The notes below the pieces were generated by a model. The model did not search any database. It was not told where the DNA came from and saw only the letters and a list, made by a program, of their open reading frames with translations. A stretch of 64,000 nucleotides of DNA from positions 168,693 to 232,692 of the IMG/VR virus record IMGVR_UViG_3300020471_000004. One strand, 5' to 3'. Position numbers and translations under genes: made by a program. How positions within the stretch are numbered: the stretch's first letter is position 1; the number at the start of each line of letters is the position of its first letter. This document shows, piece after piece, positions 19,638-29,687 of this stretch.

Positions 19638-21338
19638 TTAAGCCGCAGCAGGGGCAACTGCCGTACAGATCACACGAATACCTAGACCTTCAGAAAGGGT
19701 AACCGTTAATTGGTTCGCATCGTCAAATACGATTTCGTCAGGTTGGATAACGTGGTCCTGATCGTCAACGATTGTAACGTTAACGTACTGCTGACCGATG
19801 TTGTGAACAACAGTGTGTGACGCATCTGCTGAACCAGTACCATCGTATACGAAATAGCCTTTAACTACGCGAGCTTCAAGGTCAGAAATTTCGTCTTTAG
19901 CCGCTTGTACCTCAGTATCGACATAAAGCTTAGTAGCAGCTTCAAGGTCAGTAGTAGGTGCACCGTAAAGAACAAGCGCACCAGTCATGGTATCGCCATC
20001 TACGTTGATGTACTTGTTGTCGAAGTAGGTATCGTCTGCCGATACGCCGCTGCTGTCAACAATAATACCAGTACCAGCAGTAACACTTACTGTAACACCG
20101 TCACCACCAGCAAGACCGTTACCTAATGCAGTAGCAGCAAGCTCAACTTCGGTAATACCAGAACCTGCAACTTTAACACCTTGAGCACCTGATGCAAGTG
20201 TACCGCCGTCAAGCAATAGCGCTAGCTGTGCTGCTGTGTCTGTAGATGCAGCAGAACCGTCAACAGTCAGGAATAGACCACCGCCAGTGTAAAGGTCAAT
20301 ACCAACTTCATCAGTAGGTAGTGTACCGATACCAGCACCCATGTTAACATCAATAACGTTACCTGTCTTAGATAGACCGTTACCTGCTGTTAGTCCGTCT
20401 AGACCTGTAAACGGTGCCCATGCGCTGCCGTTGTAACGCATGTAAGTAGAACCGTTAATGTCGTATGCAAGAGTACCTGCAGGAGAAATTGTAGTATCAG
20501 ATACATCGAATTCTACTACGAACTCAGTACCGTCATATTCAACAATGTCGCCGTCTTCAAGACCAGCAATTGTACCGAAGTTAGCGTTAAGGTCAGCACT
20601 GTTAGTAATGATATAACGTGCGCCTGTCGCAGGGCTTGTACCAGGATCAAGAGTCGAGTCTGTCTGGGTATCAAGAACATCGTCTTGCCAGTTAAGAGTC
20701 GAGATAGCTGTATCTAGGTCAACTAGACGAACCGCATCGTTAGGATCAACCGGAGCACCAAGACCTTTAGCTAGATTGCCTGCAAACGCAAGGTTACCAG
20801 CCATTGTGTCACCAGCTTGGTTAACAGGAACATAACCAAGGTCGTCTTGTTTAGAATCGATCTGAGCCTGAATAGGACCAGTAACGCCAGCTACGTAGCC
20901 GATCTCAGCAGAGGTAGTTGCTGATTCAGAAACTTTACCAGACGCATCAGAAACAAGAGCAACAGACGCAGAAAGGTCAGTATCTGTGATTGTAGATGCA
21001 GCACCAGTAATGTTGTCTTGCTTGGTAGCTAGTTCAGTATCTAAATGACCTTTAGATACTGCAACTGTATCGCTAGACGCAGCAGACTGGTCATTAGAGT
21101 TAAGTATTAACTCGCCTGTCATGCCTTCATCTGTACCGTCACGCTTCAAGTACTCTTCTAAGTCACCGCCTTTCGCAAAAGGGAATACTTCTATACCGTC
21201 GTAGAACTTGTACGCTTTTTCTGTGGTGTTGAACCAAATCTGAGAAACTCGAGGACTTACCGGATCGGTCGCCAGGTTTTCGATTACAACGTTTTGTAAC
21301 TCAGCACCGCCGAGTAGTTTAATAGTACCATGTCTCAT
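19638..21338 (-). CDS. fibre / virion structural protein
   Basis: 566 aa Gly/Ala/Thr-rich; GDTMxG repeats, AATKLYVD, AGNGL shaft motifs, C-terminal HNIG module; own terminator and AGGAG SD. Confidence 0.75.
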   Translation of the reverse strand: MRHGTIKLLGGAELQNVVIENLATDPVSPRVSQIWFNTTEKAYKFYDGIEVFPFAKGGDLEEYLKRDGTDEGMTGELILNSNDQSAASSDTVAVSKGHLDTELATKQDNITGAASTITDTDLSASVALVSDASGKVSESATTSAEIGYVAGVTGPIQAQIDSKQDDLGYVPVNQAGDTMAGNLAFAGNLAKGLGAPVDPNDAVRLVDLDTAISTLNWQDDVLDTQTDSTLDPGTSPATGARYIITNSADLNANFGTIAGLEDGDIVEYDGTEFVVEFDVSDTTISPAGTLAYDINGSTYMRYNGSAWAPFTGLDGLTAGNGLSKTGNVIDVNMGAGIGTLPTDEVGIDLYTGGGLFLTVDGSAASTDTAAQLALLLDGGTLASGAQGVKVAGSGITEVELAATALGNGLAGGDGVTVSVTAGTGIIVDSSGVSADDTYFDNKYINVDGDTMTGALVLYGAPTTDLEAATKLYVDTEVQAAKDEISDLEARVVKGYFVYDGTGSADASHTVVHNIGQQYVNVTIVDDQDHVIQPDEIVFDDANQLTVTLSEGLGIRVICTAVAPAAA

Positions 21339-21378
21339 GGATGGAACTCCTAATAGGATTACATTTAAGCTTAATGTA

Positions 21379-22170
21379 TCACATCACACAGGAAATCCTA
21401 ATGTCATGCAATTCTATGTCAGACAACAATTTTGAAAACAGTTTGAATGTATCGAAATCATTATCTAGAGTCGCTTTATCGAAGTAAGACTTTACTGTCC
21501 AATACGCATCTGGCTTGAGAAGACCAAACGTGTTATAGATTTTAAGCCTGGTTTCAATAAGCGAGATCCTTCTGTCTTTATATAAATTAACATCAACAGC
21601 GTCTAAACCTATAAAAGGATAGAAGGTTTCTGTTTCGGTATGCCTTTCTTTTTTAGCCCAGTAAAGATAGTCAAGCTCATACAGTATATGCAGAAGGTGC
21701 GTTATATACTGTGTGCAAAAAGAAACTACCGAATTAAAACAACTGTTAAAGTCATTGCGTAATAGCCTACGAATTCTGTCTGATATAGGATCTTTATAGC
21801 GTAGAAGTATCTTACCGTACACTTCTACAAACCCTTCATCGAACTGGTCTTCGTGACTGCGCATTACGCTCAAGATACCGTCAAAATACTGGTCAAGAAA
21901 ATCAACCTGTCTTTTGATTTCTTCCTTTAACTCGGCATCTGAGTGTGCGTTGTGCTTAACTGATTTGATACCTTCTTCTAGTCCTATTAACCAGTAACGA
22001 ATCTGGTGCATAGAATACAAAAAGGTTTCCTTACAGCTAGTACTAAATCTATTTTCAGATATAACAAGTTGATTAAGTAAAAATTCCCTTACTTTATAAA
22101 AGTCACTCCATGCGCAAGAAGCCACGAGCTGAAAGTGAACATTGTTAGGTACATAGTTAGTCTTAATCAT
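21379..22170 (-). CDS. hypothetical helical protein
   Basis: 263 aa, TAATG coupling. Confidence 0.55.
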   Translation of the reverse strand: MIKTNYVPNNVHFQLVASCAWSDFYKVREFLLNQLVISENRFSTSCKETFLYSMHQIRYWLIGLEEGIKSVKHNAHSDAELKEEIKRQVDFLDQYFDGILSVMRSHEDQFDEGFVEVYGKILLRYKDPISDRIRRLLRNDFNSCFNSVVSFCTQYITHLLHILYELDYLYWAKKERHTETETFYPFIGLDAVDVNLYKDRRISLIETRLKIYNTFGLLKPDAYWTVKSYFDKATLDNDFDTFKLFSKLLSDIELHDIRISCVM

Positions 22171-22820
22171 TATTTTATATCCTGCAAGCCTAATCCATTT
22201 TCTTCTGAGAACTTAGAAGCTATCATTCCTCTAATCTGGGCAAGCCCTGACTCTATATTGGCGAGGTTTGTTCCCAGTTGAGATAGGCTGCCTGAACGGT
22301 TATTTATTATTTCCCTAGTTAGGGACTCTACGCTTGAAAGACGTTTCTCCATTTCTGTGAAGTTAGACTCAAGTATTCCATCTAGGTCGCCGATTGCTGA
22401 GATAAGAGTAGCAAGGTGTCTGTCATTCTTACCTGCTATGTCTGCAACTTCACCAAAGCTATTTCGAAGCTTGGTCGTGATAGACTCAATTTCTTTATTA
22501 AGATTAAGAATAACTGTTTCTAATGTTTCTACCTTGCCTATACTGTTCAAGGTAGTCTCTTGTTTCAAGATAGTCTCTTGTTGAGAAGATATTGTAACCT
22601 GCTGAGACTCTATTGTAGCCGTTAATAGATCTATAGTTTTATCTTTATCTTCTGTCAGCTTTTTTATTTCGTCTTTCTTTGTATCAAGCTGGTTTTGCAA
22701 GGAGTCAGCTTCTTTTAATTTAGGTTCTATAAACATCTTGTAAATAAAAAATATAAAAGACAAGATGATTATTATAGTTCCGTAGCCAAGGTTTCCACCT
22801 AACAGCTTTTCAAGATCCAT
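22170..22820 (-). CDS. membrane-anchored coiled-coil protein
   Basis: N-terminal TM then long heptad region. Confidence 0.6.
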   Translation of the reverse strand: MDLEKLLGGNLGYGTIIIILSFIFFIYKMFIEPKLKEADSLQNQLDTKKDEIKKLTEDKDKTIDLLTATIESQQVTISSQQETILKQETTLNSIGKVETLETVILNLNKEIESITTKLRNSFGEVADIAGKNDRHLATLISAIGDLDGILESNFTEMEKRLSSVESLTREIINNRSGSLSQLGTNLANIESGLAQIRGMIASKFSEENGLGLQDIK

Positions 22821-23221
22821 TATTGTTCACCCACAGTATCGTCTAATTCATCTAGTTGGTCATCAATAGGTAAGCCGGTTGAATCTATCGTTAAAGTAGA
22901 GTTAAATCCACAACTACGATTAGTAGGATTCACGATTAACCTGTACGCATCTTTGATTTGAGGGTCTTCGGTTACTATCATGTGACTTATGGCTGGATTA
23001 GATTCTATACAGCGTGTTTTTGTGCCTTCGATCAAGCACAGGCTACTAATGCAGTAAATATCTTCCTGTTTGACAATACGTTGGTTAACAGTTTCTTTCT
23101 TTACCCAAGTATTATTGAGAGTGATTGCTAGAACTATTAAAAGAGCGCTAATAAGTACCCAGTTAGAGTACTTGTACTTATTTTTCTGATCTTCAGATAG
23201 ATCTGGTTTTTTCTCTGCCAT
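22820..23221 (-). CDS. single-TM protein with Cys-containing soluble domain
   Basis: TM WVLISALLIVLAITL; 4 Cys downstream. Confidence 0.55.
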   Translation of the reverse strand: MAEKKPDLSEDQKNKYKYSNWVLISALLIVLAITLNNTWVKKETVNQRIVKQEDIYCISSLCLIEGTKTRCIESNPAISHMIVTEDPQIKDAYRLIVNPTNRSCGFNSTLTIDSTGLPIDDQLDELDDTVGEQ

Positions 23222-23222
23222 T

Positions 23223-24164
23223 CTACTCCACTATAACGTCAATTGTTTCATGTGCTGCAATGTAGTTATTCTTGTAACCGAGGCTCCTCATTGCGCCTTT
23301 ATCTACATACAGCTTGAAAGGTAGAGGCCACATATCATCAGGATTCTGTCCTTTATGAAAGAATTCTCTAACGATAGGATAGTAGTCTGTTTGGAAAATA
23401 ACGCATTCATTTTTTGTATCAGGTAAGAAGCTAAAGCCTACTGTTAGGTGTTTTTTATTTCTACGGCGAATAATTTCTTTTATCTCGGCAGCACCTACAT
23501 AAGAACCGAATTCATCGTCTATAAGGGTCATCATGTTATTTATTATGACTCCTCTTTGATTCTTGTTAAGTTCAAGGAGAATATCGTCTAGCTGCTGAGC
23601 CGAGGTAACTTCTATTGCTTTTACTGAACCTGTTATACCCTGTAGTGTTTTACGCAGGTTATAACTATCTCTAGCAGTAAGACCGCTACTGTCATAAAGA
23701 ATATAGTAGGTTTCAGGAAACAGATTCATTTCTGTCATTAGGTCAGTAATACGAAGTCCTAGGTTCTGTACTCTGAATAAACTAGAACGAGGCAGGCCTG
23801 CTGTAGTACTGCGGCTAATAAAATACGATTTGGTTCTATACTTTTCGGGAAGTAACGTCTGCAAGTAACCAGCAGCATCTACTTCATCTATTATCACTAT
23901 CGAAGGGTCTACCCGTTGTATGTCCTCAGATACTGAGTGCATAAGCTGTTCGCTGGAGGTTCCTCCGTCACCGTACCCTAGAGTAATATACATTGCGTAT
24001 ACATCGTTGTGTGTTTGAGTAGCAAGCTGGGCACTAAGAGGATGGCTATAGAAACTACCGAGCGGTCTACTAGATACCAAGTATACTATTTGCTTTTGAT
24101 CTGCTTGCGCCACAGCTATGTTTAATAATATAGCTAATAACACCGCTCGAAATACTTTAACCAT
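23223..24164 (-). CDS. exported periplasmic-binding-fold-like protein
   Basis: signal peptide ending AQA; alpha/beta pattern (DPSIVIIDE, YILYDSS) like ABC substrate-binding domains. Confidence 0.45.
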   Translation of the reverse strand: MVKVFRAVLLAILLNIAVAQADQKQIVYLVSSRPLGSFYSHPLSAQLATQTHNDVYAMYITLGYGDGGTSSEQLMHSVSEDIQRVDPSIVIIDEVDAAGYLQTLLPEKYRTKSYFISRSTTAGLPRSSLFRVQNLGLRITDLMTEMNLFPETYYILYDSSGLTARDSYNLRKTLQGITGSVKAIEVTSAQQLDDILLELNKNQRGVIINNMMTLIDDEFGSYVGAAEIKEIIRRRNKKHLTVGFSFLPDTKNECVIFQTDYYPIVREFFHKGQNPDDMWPLPFKLYVDKGAMRSLGYKNNYIAAHETIDVIVE

Positions 24165-25017
24165 CTGCTTTAACTAGTACTGCCTTGCCTGTAATTGCTT
24201 CTGCAAAAATAACGATACTTGCGTTATTAGACGTTCCTTCAATTGTCTTAGACATAGCTGGCAATACTTGCTCTCCTTCACTATCGAATACTGTATAGAT
24301 TATATTGTCTGTACCGAAGTTGTGGGTTAGTGTCCAAGTATCTGACTCTTGGTCAATAGTGAATACTTTACTTACAACACCGTTACCAGTGTTACCACCG
24401 CCATTTCCAATATCACCAAGTTCATCAAGTCTGCGTTTGTTGTCTTGAGCTAAGGTCTCTACTGCACCTAATCTTCTGTAGATGCCCAGAATGATGTTAT
24501 AGAAACTTTGGGTCTGCTGGTTCTGCTGCTTAACGTGATAATCACGAGGAATAGCTTCATCTAGACCGTACTGCTCTCCCGTAGGTAATGATCTTAGCCC
24601 TAGTGGGCCTACCATCGTGTCCCCGTTTTTATTTATAGCACCTGCTAATATTTCATCTACATCTTCAGGTGTGTAAACAGGTTGAGGATTGTCTTCTGGT
24701 GCATAGTACTGAGGAGGACTAAATACTTCTTCATACGTGTCTATAGACACCCATGTATTTTGTAATCCTCCTGAGGCAGTTTTAGACTCTCTTTTGAACG
24801 CTTCTTGGTAATCGCTGCTACTTGGATCAGCATCAATCCAAGTAACATTTAACGGAAGTATAAGGTAATGAGGCTCAGTATACGCTACGACTATCAACGT
24901 CTCTTCATTAGTGGTCGGTTCCCGAACCTTTAGTGTGATAGGTTTGTCAGCAGATAGACCGCGCCCTTCTGCTATGCCTAAGCACCTAGTAACAAACTCT
25001 TGTAGTTTAAGGCCCAT
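24157..25017 (-). CDS. fibre-associated protein
   Basis: INKNGDTMVG, coiled coil, C-terminal TWTLTHNFG module. Confidence 0.6.
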   Translation of the reverse strand: MGLKLQEFVTRCLGIAEGRGLSADKPITLKVREPTTNEETLIVVAYTEPHYLILPLNVTWIDADPSSSDYQEAFKRESKTASGGLQNTWVSIDTYEEVFSPPQYYAPEDNPQPVYTPEDVDEILAGAINKNGDTMVGPLGLRSLPTGEQYGLDEAIPRDYHVKQQNQQTQSFYNIILGIYRRLGAVETLAQDNKRRLDELGDIGNGGGNTGNGVVSKVFTIDQESDTWTLTHNFGTDNIIYTVFDSEGEQVLPAMSKTIEGTSNNASIVIFAEAITGKAVLVKADG

Positions 25018-25511
25018 CAGCTAATCCTATTTTTGTAGAGCTTTGCGCTGTTTTCTTCTCGTCTTGAACTAAATGCTTTAGCTAAAGATAGTACTTCATC
25101 CGGTGAGTGTTCCTTAAACTCCCAACCGTCTTTGTTACACCAAAATTTAGCTTTGTGCTTTTTATCTAAGGCACAGATTCCCAAAGCAAGGTTAAGATTA
25201 GTAATAAACTCTGGCGACACCGGGTAGGTATAACCTTTATGATTTATTGCTTCAAAAAGAGATTTTTTGACTTGTTTGCGCTCTGCGTTTAATGCAAGTT
25301 CTTTACTAAAATTAGCATGTTGCTTGCGTATTGCGACCAGCTTGCCTTGATTTACCTTGAAACTATTAGGGTCTGCTTTCCAAAGCTGGGCCTGCCTTTC
25401 GTCTATTTCTATAACGTTTTCAGTTTCAGTAGGTGCAGTATCCCAGTAACCTCTGATGTTACTGGTGTTCGATTCAGGGTCTTTAGACGGATCGTATTTG
25501 ATAAAAGGCAT
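25017..25511 (-). CDS. tail fibre assembly/chaperone-like protein (DUF4376-like)
   Basis: follows a fibre gene; FWC...W.F.EHS.DEVL.LA pattern. Confidence 0.45.
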   Translation of the reverse strand: MPFIKYDPSKDPESNTSNIRGYWDTAPTETENVIEIDERQAQLWKADPNSFKVNQGKLVAIRKQHANFSKELALNAERKQVKKSLFEAINHKGYTYPVSPEFITNLNLALGICALDKKHKAKFWCNKDGWEFKEHSPDEVLSLAKAFSSRREENSAKLYKNRIS

Positions 25512-25512
25512 A

Positions 25513-26349
25513 TTAATCTCCTAAGGCTACCCAAGTAAAGTCCCATAAATCAGATAGAGGTAAACTAAATGTACCTTTTACCCCGATTGTAAATCCCCCA
25601 ATATCGCTGTTTATAGTTATGTACTCTCCTATTTCATAGTTTTCTGCTTGGAAACTATAAGGGTCTGTAAAGAACACCAGCACTGCGGTAACTCTGTTCT
25701 TAAATGTTTCACTGAATAGTACAGACACTTCTTCTGTACCTGCATCTGATATGAAACGTCCCCATTCAATCATGGCACCGCTACGTACCATTCTTATGTA
25801 AGGGGAACGACCTTGTGTAGTGTTACCTTGAGCGTCTGTTTCTGTGAAGTTGTGCGAACCATCATCGGAGCGAACACCTGCAAAGTACTCAGGCTCTGAT
25901 CCATCTAGTCCTGCGTTACCTGTAGGTCCAGTAGGTCCAGTAGGTCCCACAGGTCCTATAACTCCTTGTATGCCTCGTTCACCAGTAGCGCCTGTAGAAC
26001 CCCGCGGACCTCTATCACCTTTAGGGCCGTCACAGCCTTGGTCACCTTTAGCCCCGTCTCTACCATTGCGTCCAGCTGTACCTGCTTTACCTGTTTTGCC
26101 TCTAGGGCCTGTAGCGCCTGTAGCAAGATTAGTTTCGGTAGGCAGACCTGGTATTCGGATAGTGTGGTCATTGATTGTTATAATCAACATACCTGTTTGT
26201 TTATCATAGTCACCTTTGAATGTGTCTATTAAGGCAGCATCTGATTCACTAGCTTTTTGAGGGGCTAGCCCCTCAGGTGTTTGGCGAACTACGTCACCTT
26301 CTTCACCTTCTGAGCGAATCATTTTTAAGCTTGGTTGTGTTAATGACAT
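25513..26349 (-). CDS. collagen-like fibre protein
   Basis: more than 20 G-X-Y triplets; C-terminal IEWG...F...F tip domain. Confidence 0.8.
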   Translation of the reverse strand: MSLTQPSLKMIRSEGEEGDVVRQTPEGLAPQKASESDAALIDTFKGDYDKQTGMLIITINDHTIRIPGLPTETNLATGATGPRGKTGKAGTAGRNGRDGAKGDQGCDGPKGDRGPRGSTGATGERGIQGVIGPVGPTGPTGPTGNAGLDGSEPEYFAGVRSDDGSHNFTETDAQGNTTQGRSPYIRMVRSGAMIEWGRFISDAGTEEVSVLFSETFKNRVTAVLVFFTDPYSFQAENYEIGEYITINSDIGGFTIGVKGTFSLPLSDLWDFTWVALGD

Positions 26350-26603
26350 TATTCTTCCTTACTAACAGGCTCAAGCCATAGAGGATAATTAGGATCGTCT
26401 TCTGCATGAGTATCAGGGTCATGCTCAGGGTTTCTTATTCGCGTATTTTCAGGACCCATTATATACCATCGGGTATTGTCTGGACTTCTAACTTTCCAGC
26501 CTAGGTCTTGAAAATTGTCTACGCTGCCCCAAGGGTTAGACACATTAAGTCTGTCCCTAACCCGTAGAAGTATCTTTTTAGGAGAGCTTGGCATAGAACT
26601 CAT
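26349..26603 (-). CDS. hypothetical fibre-operon protein
   Basis: VRSPDNTRW resembles the VRDSGNSKW motif at the N-terminus of the 1369-aa protein. Confidence 0.5.
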   Translation of the reverse strand: MSSMPSSPKKILLRVRDRLNVSNPWGSVDNFQDLGWKVRSPDNTRWYIMGPENTRIRNPEHDPDTHAEDDPNYPLWLEPVSKEE

Positions 26604-27079
26604 ATTGAGATACCTATTTTTAAATTTCTTTGGTCTATATTTTCAATAGCGATCCAATCCGTTGTTTCTAAAACAATTGTTTCTGGTTGTCCGTTTCCGT
26701 ACACGTAATTGTTTTGGCTATCAAGTATCATAAACCCTGTAGGTTCAGGAATATCCAGAGTTATTTTACCTACGTGCTTTATACCTAGGGCAGACCATTT
26801 AGGTATCAAATGATATCCTGACTCAGTAACCCACTCTCTACGTGTAGTAGAAATAACATAAGGTGTATCTGATTCACATTCAAGACCAATATTTGCCTGA
26901 GTATCAAAGCAGTAAGACTCTGCTTTAATTAAATTAGTGTTGTAAGTTAGCTTGCTGGCAACAGGTTTGTTAAAACAGACAGAACCGAACATGCTTTGCT
27001 CGGTTGCCTCTAGTTCAAAGGTACGCTTTAATGGCGTAGGTACCAGTCGGGTGTTGTATTGTAATATTCTATATGCCAT
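26600..27079 (-). CDS. hypothetical fibre-operon protein
   Basis: ATGA coupling. Confidence 0.5.
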   Translation of the reverse strand: MAYRILQYNTRLVPTPLKRTFELEATEQSMFGSVCFNKPVASKLTYNTNLIKAESYCFDTQANIGLECESDTPYVISTTRREWVTESGYHLIPKWSALGIKHVGKITLDIPEPTGFMILDSQNNYVYGNGQPETIVLETTDWIAIENIDQRNLKIGISI

Positions 27080-27080
27080 A

Positions 27081-29684
27081 TTAACCGTCCGGGCAGTTTA
27101 GAACTGCTTGTGCTTTGGTACGTGCTTCGTCTTCATCCGCAGCCTGCACTTGTACCTTATCGTTAGGATCCTTTGCGCACCATGCGTCATAAGTGTTAAG
27201 GACTGCCTCTGCAATACGGTCATTAAGTACGCTGTCCTCACCTGTAGTGTAACTGCTAAAGGTTTCAAAACTAGCTTGTGTGACAGCAGAAGGTGCTGTG
27301 GTTAAGATACCATTAAATCCGTCTTCTGCAACTGCCGTGTTATTTGGGTTTCCGCTATTTCTAGAGTCTTCCGCAGCATCTATGCTAGACTGAGGTAACA
27401 GCCTCACTACTGTAATTTTTAGCTCTTCTATATGGGAAGGCAGTGTGCCTATTGTAGAAGACCAAGTACTTCCCTCTTGTGCTACTACAGCGGTAGCGGC
27501 AGGAGTAGCTGCATACTGAGTGCCTGTTACATTACCGTGCGATTCTATAAGCGGATGATTATCGCTGGCACTATTGTATCCAATCAAATTGGGAGCGCCT
27601 GTTCCGTAACCGTCTTCTGCATCTGTTACAAACAAGATACTCACTTTCTTTTGAGCAGTAGGTAAGTTGTCTAATACCCATCTAACATAAGAAGTAAAGA
27701 ACGTAACAGATGCACCTGCTGAACCTACAACGTTTGAACTAGGAATCAAAAAGTCATTAAGAATCTGTACAGCAATATTATCCCTAGTTGCTGATATGTC
27801 GCCATTCAGATTCATATTTTGTCCTAACATAGATCCGCTGATGTCCCGATAAATATACACCTGGAAACTTTCACCTTCAGACGCCAAAGATACTTGAGTA
27901 TCGTTAGGTGAATCGTCAACTATAGTACCGGTACCAGTACTTCTGGTGATGGTACCTATGCTCGGATTTGAAATGGTGACCGTAAACGTTTCGTTGTGTT
28001 CGGGAATATCATCGCACTTGATTGTTATATCAATATCTTTGGACGTGTCGCCTTCTTCAAAAGTTAACGTTCCCGAAGCATTGACATAATCTGATCCAGC
28101 GTCTGCGCTACCTGCATTTGCTGACCAGTCTACAGTGCGAGCGTCACCAACAACCGCTTCATTTGCAGATACGGTGAACCTAGCTGTGGTATCTTGCATA
28201 GATCCTGTACACTCTGGAACGCTAACATCGTTTATACGAAATTCTGTAGTGTTGTTTACCATCAAACAAGGCAGCTCGAAAGTTAATGTTGCGGTGTCGG
28301 TATCTTGAACGCCTGCTTCTTGGTAATCGTTGTCGCTGACTGTAACCGAAATGTCGTACTGTTTAACGGCACGATCATCGTCTTCACCCATAGTATGACG
28401 TAGTTGGAAAATCCCTATTCTTCCATCTGCTTCGGTACCTTTTAGTTTTAAACTACGGTCAGTAGACTTCCAAGCGTAGCTATATTTCCGAAGTTCCCAA
28501 TCAGGCGGGTCTATGAAGTTTACTTCTACTCTAGCTTCTGCGCTAAAAGTTTCTCCTAATGCTAAACACCTATCTTCGCAAGGCACAAGCGGGTCTGGCT
28601 CAGGTTCTGGCTCAGGTTCTGGTTCTGGTTCTGGTTCAGGATCAGGCTCAACATACTCGTACATCTTAGGGCGTTGGTATATCTGTATGCCGTCACCGTT
28701 TTTGAAATCTAGTGTCCAGAAACTTGAAGTAGGCAATCCGTATATGGCAAACCAGTGGTCTCTACCTCCTGTAACTGCAAATCCTCTATCCCTACCTTGG
28801 CTATCTGAGTATTGAAGTAAGTCTACGTCCAAGAAAGCTTGTCCTTGAATACACAGCTCATCGCTACCTTTGTGGTCAAGGGTCGCAAACATATATTCCT
28901 CTTCGGGAGGCATAATCGCCTTGGATATGTTCGTCTTGGCTTTAACCATTGACGAAAACTTACTTACAGTAGTAAAGGTATTATAGAACCCTTTATTAGG
29001 GTCTTCCTCTATCCTTCTACGATAGATTTTATGCATTTGATGGCTACGAGGCCCTTTGAATGTAGTAGAAGTATTTACACCTGTACCACTTAATCTGAAC
29101 CAGTTATCCCAACCAGGCATACCGCTGTAAAATACCATGCGGCTATGGATTTTACTTGAGAACCTGTATGGATCTGCATGGTTTAAGAAAGGCACAGCAC
29201 TGTACCATTTCTCAGAGCTGGAGTCATCATTCTGTACTACAAAAAGGTATTCATAGCCTGTTTCAAAGTTCAGCGTAAGGGATCTGCCTTTCGTAGTGTT
29301 CCATTCTTGAAACGCATAGGTGTCATCGTTAGGATCTAATGACCAATTGTTCGGATCAGGACTTAGCTCTCTTTCACGTATACTCAAGATATAACAAGCA
29401 CTAGAGCTAGACCTAACTATCTCTAGTTTCTTGTAACCGTATTGGGTAACAGTTGCTGCCATAACTTGGTCAAGCCCTGTCGCTCGCCACCCTATAGTAC
29501 CTGAAGTAGGCTGACCTATATCCATATCAGGAATCTTAATGACTCCGTGACCTACTTCATCGTCTTTTCGGGCTTCAACTACGTGAACCATATACTCTCT
29601 ATTTGGTTGCCAGTCATGCCCGAACCAAGTTCTTTTTGAACCGGAGTGCCGGTATATTTCATTCCATGGATTTATCTGTGCCAT
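27081..29684 (-). CDS. fibre/adhesin protein with PE linker, Calx-beta and vWA-like domains
   Basis: (PE)n linker; INDVSV.E...DY..ASGTLTF..G.TSK.I.I....D...E.NETF.V.ISNP; MIDAS-like RDISGSM and LFVTD. Confidence 0.75.
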   Translation of the reverse strand: MAQINPWNEIYRHSGSKRTWFGHDWQPNREYMVHVVEARKDDEVGHGVIKIPDMDIGQPTSGTIGWRATGLDQVMAATVTQYGYKKLEIVRSSSSACYILSIRERELSPDPNNWSLDPNDDTYAFQEWNTTKGRSLTLNFETGYEYLFVVQNDDSSSEKWYSAVPFLNHADPYRFSSKIHSRMVFYSGMPGWDNWFRLSGTGVNTSTTFKGPRSHQMHKIYRRRIEEDPNKGFYNTFTTVSKFSSMVKAKTNISKAIMPPEEEYMFATLDHKGSDELCIQGQAFLDVDLLQYSDSQGRDRGFAVTGGRDHWFAIYGLPTSSFWTLDFKNGDGIQIYQRPKMYEYVEPDPEPEPEPEPEPEPEPDPLVPCEDRCLALGETFSAEARVEVNFIDPPDWELRKYSYAWKSTDRSLKLKGTEADGRIGIFQLRHTMGEDDDRAVKQYDISVTVSDNDYQEAGVQDTDTATLTFELPCLMVNNTTEFRINDVSVPECTGSMQDTTARFTVSANEAVVGDARTVDWSANAGSADAGSDYVNASGTLTFEEGDTSKDIDITIKCDDIPEHNETFTVTISNPSIGTITRSTGTGTIVDDSPNDTQVSLASEGESFQVYIYRDISGSMLGQNMNLNGDISATRDNIAVQILNDFLIPSSNVVGSAGASVTFFTSYVRWVLDNLPTAQKKVSILFVTDAEDGYGTGAPNLIGYNSASDNHPLIESHGNVTGTQYAATPAATAVVAQEGSTWSSTIGTLPSHIEELKITVVRLLPQSSIDAAEDSRNSGNPNNTAVAEDGFNGILTTAPSAVTQASFETFSSYTTGEDSVLNDRIAEAVLNTYDAWCAKDPNDKVQVQAADEDEARTKAQAVLNCPDG
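28594..28648 (-). repeat. 6-bp-period repeat encoding a (Pro-Glu)n linker
   Basis: EPDPEPEPEPEPEPEPDP. Confidence 0.8.
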
Positions 29685-29687
29685 GTT

